Below are positions 1 through 16,861 of a stretch of 64,000 nucleotides of DNA, one piece after another. Position numbers and translations under genes: made by a program. Origin of the DNA: Selaginella moellendorffii (taxonomy: Eukaryota; Plantae; Lycopodiophyta); NCBI RefSeq assembly GCF_000143415.4, contig NW_003314314.1, positions 873,771 through 937,770 on the forward strand. Direction: 5' to 3'. The stretch's first letter is position 1, and each line of letters opens with the position of its first letter. The notes under the pieces were generated by a model. The model was given only the letters and a program-made list of their open reading frames with translations. It had not been told where the DNA came from and ran no database searches.

Positions 1-59
1 TCAAACCCATGCCATTTGCTTCGATACCAACTGTAGCACACTTTATCTCTTTCCCCTTA

Positions 60-545
60 AGCCAACTAAAAAAAGGGCAATTACTTGATGAGAGAGCCCT
101 TAGTAGTTATTTTATCTCTATTTATCCCCCAAGGTTCCAAGGATCCACGGTGACAATATATCCAAATTTCATCTCATGATCACATGCGCTACATGAACTG
201 TGGCTGTGGTTAGTTCAAAAATTCATTTAACATTCCATATAAACAATATTTACACTTTAGTAATATTGTGGATCAATCCATCATCTAAATCCCAGAGATT
301 AATGTTGGGAAGGTTAATCTAACTAATGTTTTTACTCAAAGATTAATGAAAATATGCTATAAGACAACTCAAGAGTTATTAGTTCAATGGAATGATCATT
401 CCATGAATGAAGCTATATGGGAAATTAAAGATGACATGAAAAGAGTGTGTCTAAGTTTTGGTTATAACTTAGATGACATTTATAAAGAAAGGGCCATATT
501 GCTATATGATTTGTCTTTTATTTCTATGACCATATTATCATGAGA
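60..545 (+). mobile_element. Degenerate Ty3/gypsy (chromovirus-like) integrase C-terminus/chromodomain remnant
   Basis: ORF 346-543 contains ELLVQWNDHSMNEAIWE, resembling the chromodomain motif YLVKWxxxxxxEATWE. A purine tract follows near 484-493. The sequence is AT-rich and decayed, and boundaries are approximate. Confidence 0.5.
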
Positions 546-1355
546 GAAAGTTATATTGCTTTTTTTTCTTTCATAGCTATTTTTCATGACTTTGATATTG
601 CCATTTGCACATTTTAATTCCATGGCTGTATTATATTAAACTCTTTTCATGTGAGGTTTATTTAACTTCTCAAGGCTGCCATTCATAGCTAATTCATAAT
701 GAGCCACAAGAATATGCTAAGAATATTCCAGAATTTAGGGCTGGGAGATGTTGGCTTTGAGATCTCTATGAGCTATATATGGAGTATATACTTAAGACTA
801 CATAAAAGGTATGTTTCACCGTTCTATCTATTTTATTGTATCTTAGGCACATAAAACATAACTCAGAAGTTTCAGATCTTGATATCCCTCAGGGGCTTCA
901 ACTAAGGGTGTGTATAACTGTACTGAAGATTGGTGTTACAAGGCTTCCAAAACCATCAGTTCAAGGGGATCACATTTTTCCATCAAAGTTTCCTCCCAAC
1001 CAAAGTCAAAGTGGGACTTCAGCAAAACCTTTTCTTTTTTGCTTCTTCTTCTACAGTGATGCCAAGAAAGAATTCGTGGAACATCTGGCTCATCTAGAGA
1101 AAGGCACTCAATCCAGGCAAGAAAAATCCCAAAACTCTAAGAGTGAAGCTACATACATGTTTTGATTATAAAATCAAGTTTGTTTTTACAACCAAGTATT
1201 TGACGTGTAAGCGCGTGTCCCTCCCCCGTGTGACGACAACCCCACGGTGGAGATTGAATCGCGCACGGGAGTTCTCCATCCTAGCCGTCGAAAGCGCTGT
1301 GTAAAAGCACTCTTATTTCCTCTCTGGCGTTCTAGGGTCTTTATCTCGTCTAGTG

Positions 1356-1763
1356 ATGGCTCTGGAGTGGGGAGCTCTGGCTCTCGTCGTCGCCGCCGAA
1401 GGAATCTTGCTACTCTTCGCGACATTCCCAGGATCTCACAAATTTGTCAAGGGAATCGTCGCCGTCCTGCGCAGCGCGCTCCAGCCGCTACTTTCGATCG
1501 TCCCCTTCGCGCTCTTCTTGCTCCTGGATCTGTACTGGAAGTATGAGAATCACCCGCGTTGCGAGGGGCCGTCGTGCACTATCGTGGAGCGCGAGCACCA
1601 CGCCAAATCCCAGATGAAGAGCCAGCGAAATCTCCTCCTCGTCATCGCCGCGCTCTTCCTCTATTGGGTCCTCTACCGCGTCACCGCCATGCTCGTCCGC
1701 ATCGATCACCTCCAGCGCAAGACGAAGATCCAGAAGGATGGAGACGACGAGGACTCGGATTGA
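1356..1763 (+). CDS. B-cell receptor-associated protein 31-like ER membrane protein (single exon)
   Basis: MALEWGALALVVAAEGILLL..., with three hydrophobic segments and the motifs DLYWKYE and KSQRNLLL, typical of short plant BAP31-like proteins. Confidence 0.85.
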   Translation: MALEWGALALVVAAEGILLLFATFPGSHKFVKGIVAVLRSALQPLLSIVPFALFLLLDLYWKYENHPRCEGPSCTIVEREHHAKSQMKSQRNLLLVIAALFLYWVLYRVTAMLVRIDHLQRKTKIQKDGDDEDSD

Positions 1764-1976
1764 AAGAGCAATGCTTCCTCTTTTTTTGTGTTTAAAGTGT
1801 AATCCATGAAATTTCTTCCAAGAACCCTAAAGCTCCAAGTAGTAGCGCCAAGCCATGGCGGTAGGGTTTTAGCGCTCGTAGATAGGTGCGATCGAAGCGC
1901 CGGGCAAGCACCGGGGCTGGGTGGAGTATCGCCATGGCTGGAATGTGAGAGATTCCAGCTCTTTTTTCGTGTCGCA

Positions 1977-4262
1977 ATGGTGATAGAGTACGTCTACGAG
2001 GCCCTCACGGATGGCCTGGTCGAAGAACCGGTGATGGTCTTGGATACGCCGGCCAACGATGCCAAGAAATTGTGCGATTTCGAGCTGGAAGAAAAAATCC
2101 AAAGATTTACGTCGCACACACAGGACTCATCGCTCAAGGTGGACAAAACAAAGCTTGTTTCGTTTCTGGATGCCTTGCTCGCAGAGAAATCCCGGCGGGA
2201 GAAATCTAAGGTAAGCGTCGTTTTGGTTTCGTTCCAAGCTTGAGATCTTCTCTTTGTTTTTTTTTTTTTTCGTTTTTGCGTCGAACAGGAAACTGGAGCA
2301 ACATCTTTGCAACAGGTATCGAATGTTTTTTTCTTGTTCTGTTCGCTTCGTATGCTTCTGATGGAGTGTTTGATCGGTCGTGCAGATCACTGAAAAACGT
2401 TCGTTTTAATTTGCTGGAAGTTAAGCAAGTTTGAGAATTTCCATTTTTCCTGACCAAATTTCAGGTTGCATCGGCTCTGATCGAAACACACCTATTGACA
2501 CAGGTAGAAACTCCAAGGTATGGAATAGACGAAAGTTTCAAACAGTGATATTTGTTTTTTTCGTTACAGGAAAGAAAAGTTGAAATCAATCTCTCGAGGG
2601 GACTTAGCCCTCCAAGAGCGTTCGATTCGGAACTAAAAATTCTCAGGTTTCAACGAGGAAGGAAACAGAGTCCTGCCACCGAAATGCCTAAGAGTTGTTC
2701 GAATGGTCTTTCTTCCAAGTAAGGTTTCGTTCTTTCGCTTTTTGGTCGGGCCTTCTGACACTGGTTGATAAGAACAACCGTGGCCGAACGGGGTAAACAA
2801 CATCGTTTCTCTCCACAGGTACTCTGGTGAGGGTCTTTGAAGAGCTATACAGTTTTTCAATGTGATGTAGGTATTAGATGCCGAGGAAACTGCTGCTAGA
2901 AGGAATACTCGTTCGTCTCCGGTAAGCTTTGACGTATTGCGATTAATCTATGTACTATTTCGTTCAACTCATCAGGATACGGTGGTTTTGTTTTCATCTG
3001 ACGATGAAAATGAGATCAAAGTCATGGAACCTGCCGCTATATCCACAAGGAGAACAAGCTCGCGCATTGCAGCGAGAAGGTCTGTGCAGTTCATCTGTGA
3101 AAGTTACACATTGGTTTCGTTTTGTCAGGAAAATGGACTTAAATATGAAAATTGCATATCCATCCAAGTATGTTGTTTCGCTCGGATGACTATATCATTC
3201 TAAGAACTTATATTTCTTACAGGGATGACCCCGACGCTCTTGAGGTTTATTATGGAGACTTTAGTCGTTTACAACCAGCGGAGTTTCTGAATGACACAGT
3301 GATCGACTTCTACATCAAGTGCGTTCTCTGCATCTTATGTTGCTTGCCACCTATCTGACCCGTGCAATACCCATCAGGTATCTCCAGAGGGAAGCTATAG
3401 ATGCGGAACGCAAAGAGAAGTTCCATTTCTACAGCAGCTTTTTCTTCAAAAAGCTTAGCGAGGCATTCGACACTGAGGTACACAACTTTGTCCGCGTTGT
3501 AATGCTTACAGTCGCAGTAGGCCAAACAAGTAGAAGCATTTTCCAAGCTACGGAAGTGGACAAAAGGAATTGACATTTTTTCGAAGTCATATCTTTTTCT
3601 CCCAATCAACGACAGGTAAGTTTTTTTTTGTTCACAAAATTTTACTATCTCTTTTTTTTTTCAGGTTGCACTGGAGCTTGGCTATCGTCTGCTTCTCCCT
3701 GTCAGACGGGGGATTGACGCCATACATTTTCCATCTTGATTCGCTTGACAATGGACACTCTAGCAGGGAACTTTTCAAATACATTCAAAAGTTTGACAAT
3801 ATTTCGTGTTACTAGATTTCCTCTAAGTTCCTCTCTTTCGTTCTACTACAGGTATCTTGAACTGGAACATGCTCAAATGGAGACGGCAATCGAAGTTAAA
3901 TGGCGTGAAACTGTGAAGAAAAGAGTAGAGGTGCGGCTCATTTCATACTTTTCTCCTGTTGCATTGTTATGTTTCAGGTACCTCGGCAAGAGAACGAGTA
4001 TGATTGTGGGCTATTTCTCTTGTATTACATCAAGCGTTTTGTGGAAACCGCTCCTCTGCCTTGCAAGCTAACAGACACAACAAGCCTGGTATTAAGCTTG
4101 TTCTCGATTCTATTGTATTGGAACGAACTTTCGTTCTTACGTGTTTCATTGTTTTCTATGCAGTTTGGCAAACGCTGGTTCAAACCTTCCGATGCTTCGA
4201 TGTTGCGATGGACAATCAGAGAAATTCTAGAAAACCTTTTCGAAGCGACAAGTCCTGAATGA
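1977..4262 (+). CDS. SUMO protease, Ulp1/C48 family (OTS1/OTS2-like), multi-exon
   Basis: Exons give RLQPAEFLNDTVIDFYIK, FHFYSSFFFKKL, LHWSLAIVC, HLDSL and QENEYDCGLF, which supply the His-Asp-Cys triad. Introns are short GT-AG. Confidence 0.9.
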
Positions 4263-4561
4263 CGTGGTCTAACAAGGTACTAAAATCCTTGCGGAAGTTC
4301 TTTTCGTTTAATGGATCCTTTTGTTTTTAGATGCACATATGATTCCTGTGAGCCTTGGCGAGCATTTTTCTCCCCTCGATCAGAGGTAGCTCTTGCGGTT
4401 TGCCAATGAAAATTAGCGTCACCCAGTTCCAGAGATTTTTTGTCCAACAGGAACAATGTATATGGTAGCACCGGAATTCCTGTGAGCGATGTATTTATGA
4501 GAATAACACATTACTAGTCTTCCCTTGTTGAAAGCTCTAAATTCTGGCCAGCGTTTGCGAG

Positions 4562-5291
4562 TTATATGTAATGACGCCGATTCCAGCAACAAGGTGTTTT
4601 GGCTCTGATATGATCTAGCTCGATTTCTCGTTGTTTTTCCTTCTTTTCTAACTCCCTTTTCATTTCAGCAACCTGGTAAACACGCGAAGTTGAAAGCTAC
4701 GAAGAGCGAAAAGGAAAAGAGTACCCGTATGTTGTCCTCCATAAGCTGTTTGAGGTAGTCTTTCTTATGTTGGATTCGTCCCATGTCATGGTTTATAGAA
4801 TGTGGAGCAAATCTGTCACAAAGTTTCCACCTAAACGATGAAGAAAATGGAGAGATCTGGATTTCCTACTTGCTTAGGTACTCGTTGTAGCAATTCAAGT
4901 CGTGATCTTCGTGGGCTCTGCGGATCCTCTCGGACTCTTTGATCTTAAGTTGCTCTTCCATGCAACCTTTGAGCTCCTGCCTGGAAAAACGCTTGGACAA
5001 ACTTCTTCCCTGGGGAAAAAGAATGAAATTCTCACTTACTGACGCCTCCTTGTCTCGTCCCGGTTTGGCGAAACCCGCTGCTTCACCTCCGCCTCCTTCA
5101 TGTAATACTTCTCCTGCTGGATCTTGAGGAGCTCCAACTGATCGTGGTACTCCTTGTCGATATTCTGCCAAACCAGAGGAAAATTTTCGACGATGATCGC
5201 GCGAGAAACAGACACTCACCTCTTCATTCTTGGCGTAGGCGATGGCCGATCGAGGCCGCCTGTTGAGAATGCTCTGCCGGCAAGGCAACAT
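4562..5291 (-). CDS. Unknown coiled-coil protein, multi-exon
   Basis: Spliced reading MLPCRQSILNRRPRSAIAYAKNEE...ELKGCMEEQLKIKESERIRR...KKDYLKQLMEDNIR/VAEMKRELEKKEKQREIELDHIRAKTPCCWNRRHYI*. Consensus GT-AG introns keep the frame. Confidence 0.6.
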
Positions 5292-5857
5292 CGCTAGAGG
5301 ATCCTCGATTCCTTCTCCTTCCTCCACGCGGCGCTATAGAAACCCTATCCTCCCGCCCATGCGCCCTAAAATTTCCCCCCCTCGCTGCTCAATGCTCTCT
5401 TCGTTCGCTCTTCTCAACGATCTTCTCCTCCATTCGACCAAGAGACGCTGCGTCACAGAATTAGGGCTTACAAGACCGCGACACGTGTCAACTAACTGCT
5501 TAATGTCATGAGCCCGGGAAAATCGTACGGCACTGCCCACGTTTTCCATTCGAATTTGCACGGAAGGAAATCTAGGGCTTTTCGTTTAGGTTTATTGTAG
5601 GCGAGCAAGGGGCCCGCGGCGCCCATCGCCAGGAGCGCCAGGTTTGCAGCACAAATCACTCGTTTTCTTCGATTTCGCTATTCGCTAGGCTGTCGGCGGC
5701 AGCACATTTGATCGCATTAAGCGACAAGAGCGAGTGTTGACTTCGATTCTTGTGAGAATTGTGCCAATCGCTCTCTCCTGCCACTGCAAGCCATAGATTT
5801 TCTCGAGTTTCTAGTGATTTCTTCCCTTTCCCAGTGGGCCATGCGTTTCTTCCTGCG

Positions 5858-6862
5858 ATGATTGCTACCATTCGACAAGCTGATGCGTTTCTTCGTCTTC
5901 CATTTTGTCACTCTCGGCTTTTAGCAGCGCCTGCAAACACGTTTCCTTGTGCGTGTCTTTTGTCCGAGGTTCATGCTCAAGGACTTGGTTTTACCAGGCC
6001 TCTCACTGCTAAGAGGGAGGATCGAGAGAGTCGTGTAGCCGCTAGAGTGGGCGATCAAGGCCGGGTGATGGCCATCGTTAGCGTTCCTCCGCCGGGATAC
6101 AGGGCCAATGTCGGTGTTTGTCTCATCAACAAGAAAAACCAGGTGAAAACTCGCGCTTTGGATCGTTTGTTTCTTTCAGAGACTTACTTCTTGTCCAGGT
6201 CTTTGTTGCGAACAGGCTCGATGTTCCTGGATCCTGGCAAATGCCTCAGGTATGAGATCGTTTTTTCTTTCCTCCCTTCTGATCGTAGCTAGATCTTTTC
6301 TTTTTCGATAGGGAGGTGTTGACAAGGGGGAGGAGCCGCGAGAAGCTGCGATCCGAGAGCTACGAGAGGAGACTGGAGTTACTTCAGTGGAAGTTCTTGG
6401 AGAGGTGAGTCAAAAGAACGATGTTTATCCTCCTTTTTCATTTATGCTTCTCGCAGGTTCCAGAGTGGCTGACTTACGACTTTCCTCCCGATGTGAAAGC
6501 GAAGATCACACGGCTCTGGGGAAAAGAATGGACGGGTCAAGCACAGAAGTGGTAAACTTCGTCTCTACGTGGTTCCTGAGACGAGACATTTAGTTTGTTT
6601 TGCTTCGACAGGTTTCTCTTCAGATTTACTGGAGACGAGAGTGAGATTGATCTTGCTGGTGATGGCAAAGAGGCTGCTGAATTTGCCGAGTGGAAATGGC
6701 TGCCAGTTCCAGATGTAATCCAAGCTGTAAGATCTCAAAAATCTCTCCTTTCTCGAAATCTCTCGTGGCTTTTAAATGTCTGTGTTCTTCCAGGCCGTAG
6801 AGTTCAAGAAGCCAGTCTACGAACAAGTATTCAAAGTTTTCACGCCGATGATCCAGGCCTAG
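5858..6862 (+). CDS. Nudix hydrolase, Ap4A/RppH-type (NUDX25/26/27-like), probable transit peptide
   Basis: [37 protein letters not shown] (Nudix box), GQAQKWFL, EFAEWKW, FKKPVY. A second candidate ATG lies at 6068. Confidence 0.92.
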
Positions 6863-7050
6863 AAGAAAAGCATTTTTCTAATGAATGCCCTCGCGTACGT
6901 TCAAGATTTTGCCGCGTGGCAGATTTTCATCCGTCGATGTAGCTCTTTAAGAATAAAAAAGAGTTTGGTTCTTCTTCTTTTCCATGAACCCTAAAACGAA
7001 CTCTATGGTGTAGGTTTTGTGGAGCTCGCGCTTCTCTGCGGCACACTGCG

Positions 7051-10937
<3,887 letters not shown>

Positions 10938-11115
10938 AGGTTGCTTGCTTGCTTGCTTCATTATAAAGTGGGCTTTGTCCAGAAATTCTTTTAAGTCACT
11001 AAGCTTAGAACGATCTTGATCATTCGAGTTGGCTGGGAACCGTGCTCGATCATGATTGCTCGATTCAACCAAGGCTAGTTTGGGCGATCTAGAAAGCTCA
11101 AGATCTCAAGCTTGG

Positions 11116-11385
11116 CTAGTACTTAGAAGTTTCTTCTGGCAGTGATGGCTTGATCTTGAGCTTGAGAGCGTTCCGGGCTGATAGAGCCAGCTCTTTCTCC
11201 GCGCCGCTGAGGCACCGGCCATAGCTGCGAAGGTAGTAAACGCAGCTGCGATGGCAAGAGCAGTCATCGTCACCGAAGCAGTAGTGGACACTCTCCTCCC
11301 GAGCTGCTGTTTGGACTGAGAAAATGAGGAAGATCGCCACGACCAACATCGAGATCTTGACCATCCTAGCCTTCAACATCGCCAT
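11116..11385 (-). CDS. Small secreted cysteine-rich peptide, copy 1
   Basis: Signal-like hydrophobic N-terminus followed by HYCFGDDDCSCHRSCVYYLRSYGRC. Paralog differences are largely synonymous in this frame. Confidence 0.75.
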   Translation of the reverse strand: MAMLKARMVKISMLVVAIFLIFSVQTAAREESVHYCFGDDDCSCHRSCVYYLRSYGRCLSGAEKELALSARNALKLKIKPSLPEETSKY

Positions 11386-12019
11386 TCCTGGTGGAAACCT
11401 TCTCCCTGGAAAGAAGAAAGAACAAGAGAGGCTCGCTCGAAGTTCACACTAATCTTCTCCTTCGAAACTCTCGAATCAAAAAGAAAGAAAGAACACTCTC
11501 TACTTTTATGGTCCTAGTGGTGTATCCACCGCATCAAAGCACCAAAACTGTGGATCCTGGGAAGAAACTTTCACCTGTTCCAGAGATTTAATACTCTTCC
11601 AGCCGAGTAATCGTCTTCCAGCTCAAGAGAAATCTCTTGACAGGTGCTGCAAGAAGACAAAAGAAAACGATGTGTCACACTATAGTCTTTGCAGGCCGTC
11701 ACAATCTATGCTAGCTCCACGCTGTTCCGAAGTTTTCCAAGAGCTCGAGATATTTGGCTGGGCGATAAGGAAATCTTCGGGGAGTTAAGTTTGCGTTGCT
11801 TTGCTGGTTGGATTTGGTCGCTTCGATTTTGGGAATTCACAGAAGGAAAACATTACATAACTTAAAGTAAGCAAAAACTCAAAGATGTTTCCAGTGAAGA
11901 ACTTCCTTGTCGCAAGTTCTCTCATCCGTCGTGGACGCTTCCATTTGCGTGTGTAGCTCTCTCCATAGAAAGTTCAGCGGTACGGCAGAGCACTGAAATT
12001 ATGTTAAGTGACGGCGTCT

Positions 12020-12330
12020 CTCTTGTTTTCTGCTGCACTGTAGCTTTGCAGCTGCTGATCCATTCCCTGCATATGTCCTGGCCAGTCTTGATAATCCTCC
12101 GTGACTTGTTGAAAACCAAACATGCGTTCTTCTTCGAGTGACAGTAAACCAGGATTTGGCTGCTCGACTTCTAATTCTTCGTCTTGCTCGACAATCCTTA
12201 CATCATCCATGGCGGCGATGCAATGAAAAGAAGGACCATCTCTTCCGAGCTCTAGATCAAAGTAGCCATGAGATTCCAGAAATCATCACCTAGGAAACAA
12301 AGCCACGTTGAGTTCATTGTGGAGATTCAA
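12020..12330. repeat. Diverged dispersed repeat, homologous to ~44830-45120
   Basis: Shared blocks agtcttgataat.ctccgtgactt, gaaggaccatctcttc and gtagccatgaga occur at both sites. Confidence 0.7.
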
Positions 12331-12629
12331 ATACAAAAACCTGGACTTACTTCACAGCAATATGCTTGAAGCCGTACTTAATCCAAATAACATCAAACTA
12401 TTCCCAGAGTGCTGCTTGCCTGTAGAGACGTTCACAATGCTGTGAGCTTCTTAATTTCTATTCAAGTTGTTAAAATATTTAATATCCTAAGCATAATATA
12501 GTTGTTATAATTTTTTTTATAATAAAAGAAAAACCTACATTTAATTAACGTTATCAACTCAGTAAAGGAGAAGGGATTTAGTGTTTGGTCAACTCTACTC
12601 TCTCCCCTCTAAAGTCAGAAGTTTTGGCT

Positions 12630-14057
12630 ATGGCGCTGGAGTCTTCCAAGATCACAGTGACCAACATTTGCTTGGTTTCTCCAAGTTACAGCCCGGAGAA
12701 TGTCGATCTCTTGGAGAGGAAGAAGCAAATGCGTCTCTGTGCTGCATCTCATATGATTTGGTTCGTGCCTTACAGGACTCGCCTTCTCTTCTTCCGAAAG
12801 CCTCCTCCCCATCTCTCCTTCGAGGCCATTGTAGCAAATCTCAAGAGTTCTCTTGCCAAGGCGCTGGTGGAGTTTTATCCCCTGGCAGGGAGATTGCTAG
12901 TGAGTGACAGCGAGAATGGACTGCGGATGGATGTGGTTTGCAATGACAAAGGCGTGCTCTTCATCGAAGCCAGTGCTACTGGAGTTACTGTTGAGGAGCT
13001 CGCAAAGGATGAAGTGAGTGGTCATTTCGAGGGGATTCCAGCAAAACTAGTGGAAGATCTGGCACAATGTGGAGACTACGATATATCGACAATTCCATGG
13101 TCCTTCGATGCTCCTCTGTTCATCATCCAGGTACTTCAATATATATTCGCATTGATAATCAAGTCGAATCGAATGTAGGTGACAGAGCTTTCTTGTGGAG
13201 GCATTTGCATCTCCGTCAAGTTCAATCACCAGCTTTTAGATGGAGCTGGGACCTGGAACTTTGTCAAGTCATTGGCCGAGGTCTGTTGTGGTAAATCTAT
13301 GTCACTCAAGCCCGTGGTCGTGGAAACTCCACCATGCATTGCAGTCTCGGACGATCATCCCACAGATTTTGAGCTTCCAGCAGGGTTTGGAAGGGCCTGC
13401 AACGCGGATTTACTGAAATTAAGCACCAAGTCAACATCGCAGTCCGCGGAGTATGACATGAAGTGCTTTGCATTCAAGAAGGAGATGATCCAAAAGATGA
13501 AGCTCGAGAATCCAGGGTTCAGCTCGTTCCAGCTTCTCACGAGTTTCATATGGTCCAGAGTTAACGCTGCGAGAGATCTCAAGGATGACGAAACCACTAC
13601 TCTTGTGTTTGCAGCAAACTGTAGAGGACGGATCAAGACTGTGCCGAAGGGATTCGTAGGAATGGCCGTGGTGTATGATCACGTTTCCACCAAAGTCTCG
13701 AGCCTACGAGCTCAGGGAAATGAGCTGAGAAATGGGGCGGATCTTCTCAAGAAAAAGATCGGTGATTTGCTCACGGAGGAAGGCGCGGGTCTCTACTCAA
13801 AGGCTGTGAGCAGTGGCGACAGGGGCTTCACAGCTTTTCCTCAATCTAAGATGGAAACAGCATTGATCGTTGGAAGTTCGTTCTACTTCCCGGTTTTCGA
13901 GGACTTTGGATTTGGAAAGCCGGTTGGAATGACGCTGGTTCGTCCTTCTGATGATAGCAAGCTATACTATTTCCCAGGGAAGGAGGAAGGTGATGTGGTA
14001 GCTTATATTGGGCTCACAAGTCACGCGATGAGAAAGCTTAGTTTTCCACAGGTTTGA
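12630..14057 (+). CDS. BAHD acyl-CoA acyltransferase, copy 1 (intron 13131-13178)
   Basis: LKSSLAKALVEFYPLAGRL, CNDKGVLFIEA, catalytic HxxxD (HQLLD), DFGFG (DFGWG motif), and the conserved intron after Q. Confidence 0.93.
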
Positions 14058-14099
14058 AACAATATAAAGTTGTCTCTTTGCCCTTCACCGCGGGACGGC

Positions 14100-14860
14100 A
14101 TGGAGATCGAGGCGAGGATCTTCGAGACAGATGTTTCTGATGGTACTGTGATTGTTGACATGCACGGAAGCTCCAGATAATGGGTCGGGCCATCTTGGCT
14201 TTTGGCTGGATCAAGGAATGTTGTCTCCTTGACTGCTATGTTCTCAGAATTTGCCGGAATGGGCATTACAGAGACGCTCTCTCGAGCTCTGGAGCTCCTC
14301 CATGGATTTGGAGGGAGTCAAGTCAAATGGCTTGCCATTTTTTTTTTTCCTGGAAGCCTGCGCCGGTCCCGGGAATAGAATCTGCTGTAAAATTTTCCAC
14401 TCCCGAAATCGAGGGAATGGAGCTTATGCGCTGGGGAAATGCGGTCACGTTGCGCGATGATGGCGGCGTATGCCCAAAACGGACAGCACAGGGAAGCGCT
14501 CCGAGTCTTTAGCGAGCTCGACACGATGCTGGATCGCGAGCGTCTTGGAGGCGTCCTCAAGTTTGGCCAGGCTAGAATCTCGGATCCTTGCTAGTGGAAT
14601 TCGCGTGAGCGTGATCGTGGTCGTCATCACTTACAGAAAGTGTGGAGCTCTCAGCCTCGCGAGATCCACGTTCAATGGCCTGTGCTGGAACACGATGATC
14701 TCCGCCAACTTGCAGCACAGCAACGCCAGGAAGTGCTCAAGCTCTTCAACGAGCTCAAACAAGCCGGGACTTTGAGCGAGCACTTGGGGGGCTGCATGAT
14801 CGATCTGCTGGGACGAGCTGGGGGATTTGAAGAGGCTGAGAGAGTGGTTGCTCCATGAAA
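14100..14860 (+). pseudogene. PPR protein pseudogene fragment
   Basis: Frameshifted PPR-like motifs MMAAYAQNGQHREALRVF, WNTMISA and GCMIDLLGRAGGFEEAE. Confidence 0.75.
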
Positions 14861-15432
14861 CGCAATGTCCCCTCCTGATCATGAATGTCGTCTCTCAATC
14901 ACCAAGTCCTGGATAAAACCAGGGCATGGCATTTCGTAGTTCGATATAAGCTGCGGCAAATCCCCGTCACTTGTGGTCGTGGAAACTCCCCTGGACAACG
15001 AGCAGAGCTGGAGATTTAGCTCCCGCCGATTTTTCATGCGGTGGAAGATTAGAACTTGTTCACACTATCAACGCTATGAAAAGCTTCTCGTTTGCTTCTC
15101 GTTTGCCCAGGAGTGAGATTCCACGGCAAAGAGATGGAAGACCCCGTTCTTCTCAGTCAAGTGCTGTGAAAGCTCTCCAACGCTGGAAACTATGACTCTC
15201 AGTTGGAGATGTACGCCTTCTCATGACATGAGAAGGAGTTGCCACCTCATAGATCCACGTTGGCTGGAGTTGAGTAGATCAGAGCCACATTGTCCACACG
15301 ACGCTTCCGCTGTGTTTTGACACTCTCGAGACTGTCATGTTCAGGACGGCCTCCATGGACATGCAAGCCACCTCTATATGAGCCATGACTACAGCGCTCT
15401 AGGCTCGCCTCTGTCCCACCGTCATAGGTCTT

Positions 15433-15654
15433 CTAGATCCTTTTGGGTATGTCCTTGAGAGCGTTCCTGGCTGAAAGATCCAGCTCTCTCTCCTCGCCAC
15501 CCAGGCACTGGCGATAGCTTCGAAGGTAGTAAACGCAGCTGCGATTGCAAGAGCAGTCATCGTCACCGAAGCAGTAGTGGACACTCTCCTCTCGAGGTGC
15601 TGTTTGGACTGAGAAAATGAGGAAGATCGCCATCGAGATCTTCATCTTCGCCAT
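15433..15654 (-). CDS. Small secreted cysteine-rich peptide, copy 2
   Basis: MAKMKISMAIFLIFSVQTAP-REESVHYCFGDDDCSCNRSCVYYLRSYRQC, an intact paralog. Confidence 0.7.
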   Translation of the reverse strand: MAKMKISMAIFLIFSVQTAPREESVHYCFGDDDCSCNRSCVYYLRSYRQCLGGEERELDLSARNALKDIPKRI

Positions 15655-16861
15655 TCCTGGTGGAAACCTTAAGCGAGAGCACGAAACTCTCGAAGTTCAC
15701 ACTGCCTGGTCCTTAGAAACTCTCGAATCGAAATGAAAGAACAAACACTCTTTACTTTTATGGTGTATCCACCACATCCAAGCACCGAGAACCTTTCACG
15801 TGTCCCAGCGATTCACTACTCTTCCAGCAGTGTAATCGTCTTCCAGCTCAAGCAGACACATGACAGGTGCTGCAAGAAGACAAAAGAAAACGATGTGTCA
15901 CACTATAATCTTCTATGCTAGCTCCACGTTGTTCCTGAGTGCCTCCGATAAGTTTGCGATGGATAGAGCACCGTAGCTCTGCTGCTGCTAATCCATTCCC
16001 TGCATATTTGGAGGCAGGTTCGAAAAGAGAAGATAAGCTGAAGCTTGAGATTGCTAACCACTAGCCCCACTTATTGCATTAAGTTGCAATAAAATGGCTT
16101 CAATTGATATTTGTAACTAAATTTAAGACACAATAGTTTTATATTAGAAAATTATAAATTCTTATTTACGTAATTTATAATAGTTATAAACAAAAATTTT
16201 TTTTTGTAGTTTTGACCAGAAAATATGTAATTGTTATGTTTAGTTCTTATTTATGACTCCAAAAAACAAAGTTATAAACATAGTGGTAAAGATGGGAATT
16301 TAAGTCATTATTTATGATGATATTTAAAAATAAATAGTTTTCTATTCTAATTTATTGCCAATCTTTGATTTTGGAGTTACATTTTTTCCTATTTTAGAAG
16401 CTTAAAGGTGCTCTTGATAAATATTATCTAGGTTGTGGTGAATGAATGTAAGTATATTTTATTTATGTCAGTTTGATTACTTTATATTATTTGTTGTTTC
16501 ATATTTGCTAGCTTTTCTTATAAGAGAATGCATACAATCACCCACAGCAATGGAATTTACGAGGAACTCATCAATATTCAGGATTTCTTTTATAAAACGT
16601 TCATGGTAATGGATTTAAATGAAAATTTTCCTTTAGTTTATCTCATTTGTCATTACTCTATGTTATAAAAAATGGATACAACCACCTTCTTTATTTTCTT
16701 AAGCCAAGCCCAATCTTTAACCCATTTAGGGTATAATACTCTTAATGCTTTTCGCAACTCTAAGTTTTCCTCCAAGAAAAATTTATAAGATAGGTAAAAC
16801 CCTAAAATCACCAGGGAGAAAACTAAAGGCGTAGGATATACTCTACATTTAATTAATGTTT

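Noticed and set aside
836-1165. 109-aa ORF
   Set aside because: Non-ATG start, no recognisable motif, and it lies in TE-like AT-rich DNA.
11106-11291. Overlapping Ala-rich ORF (STTASVTMTALAIAAAF...) present in all peptide copies
   Set aside because: Paralog substitutions are synonymous in the Cys-rich frame and mostly change residues in this one, so it is a shadow frame.
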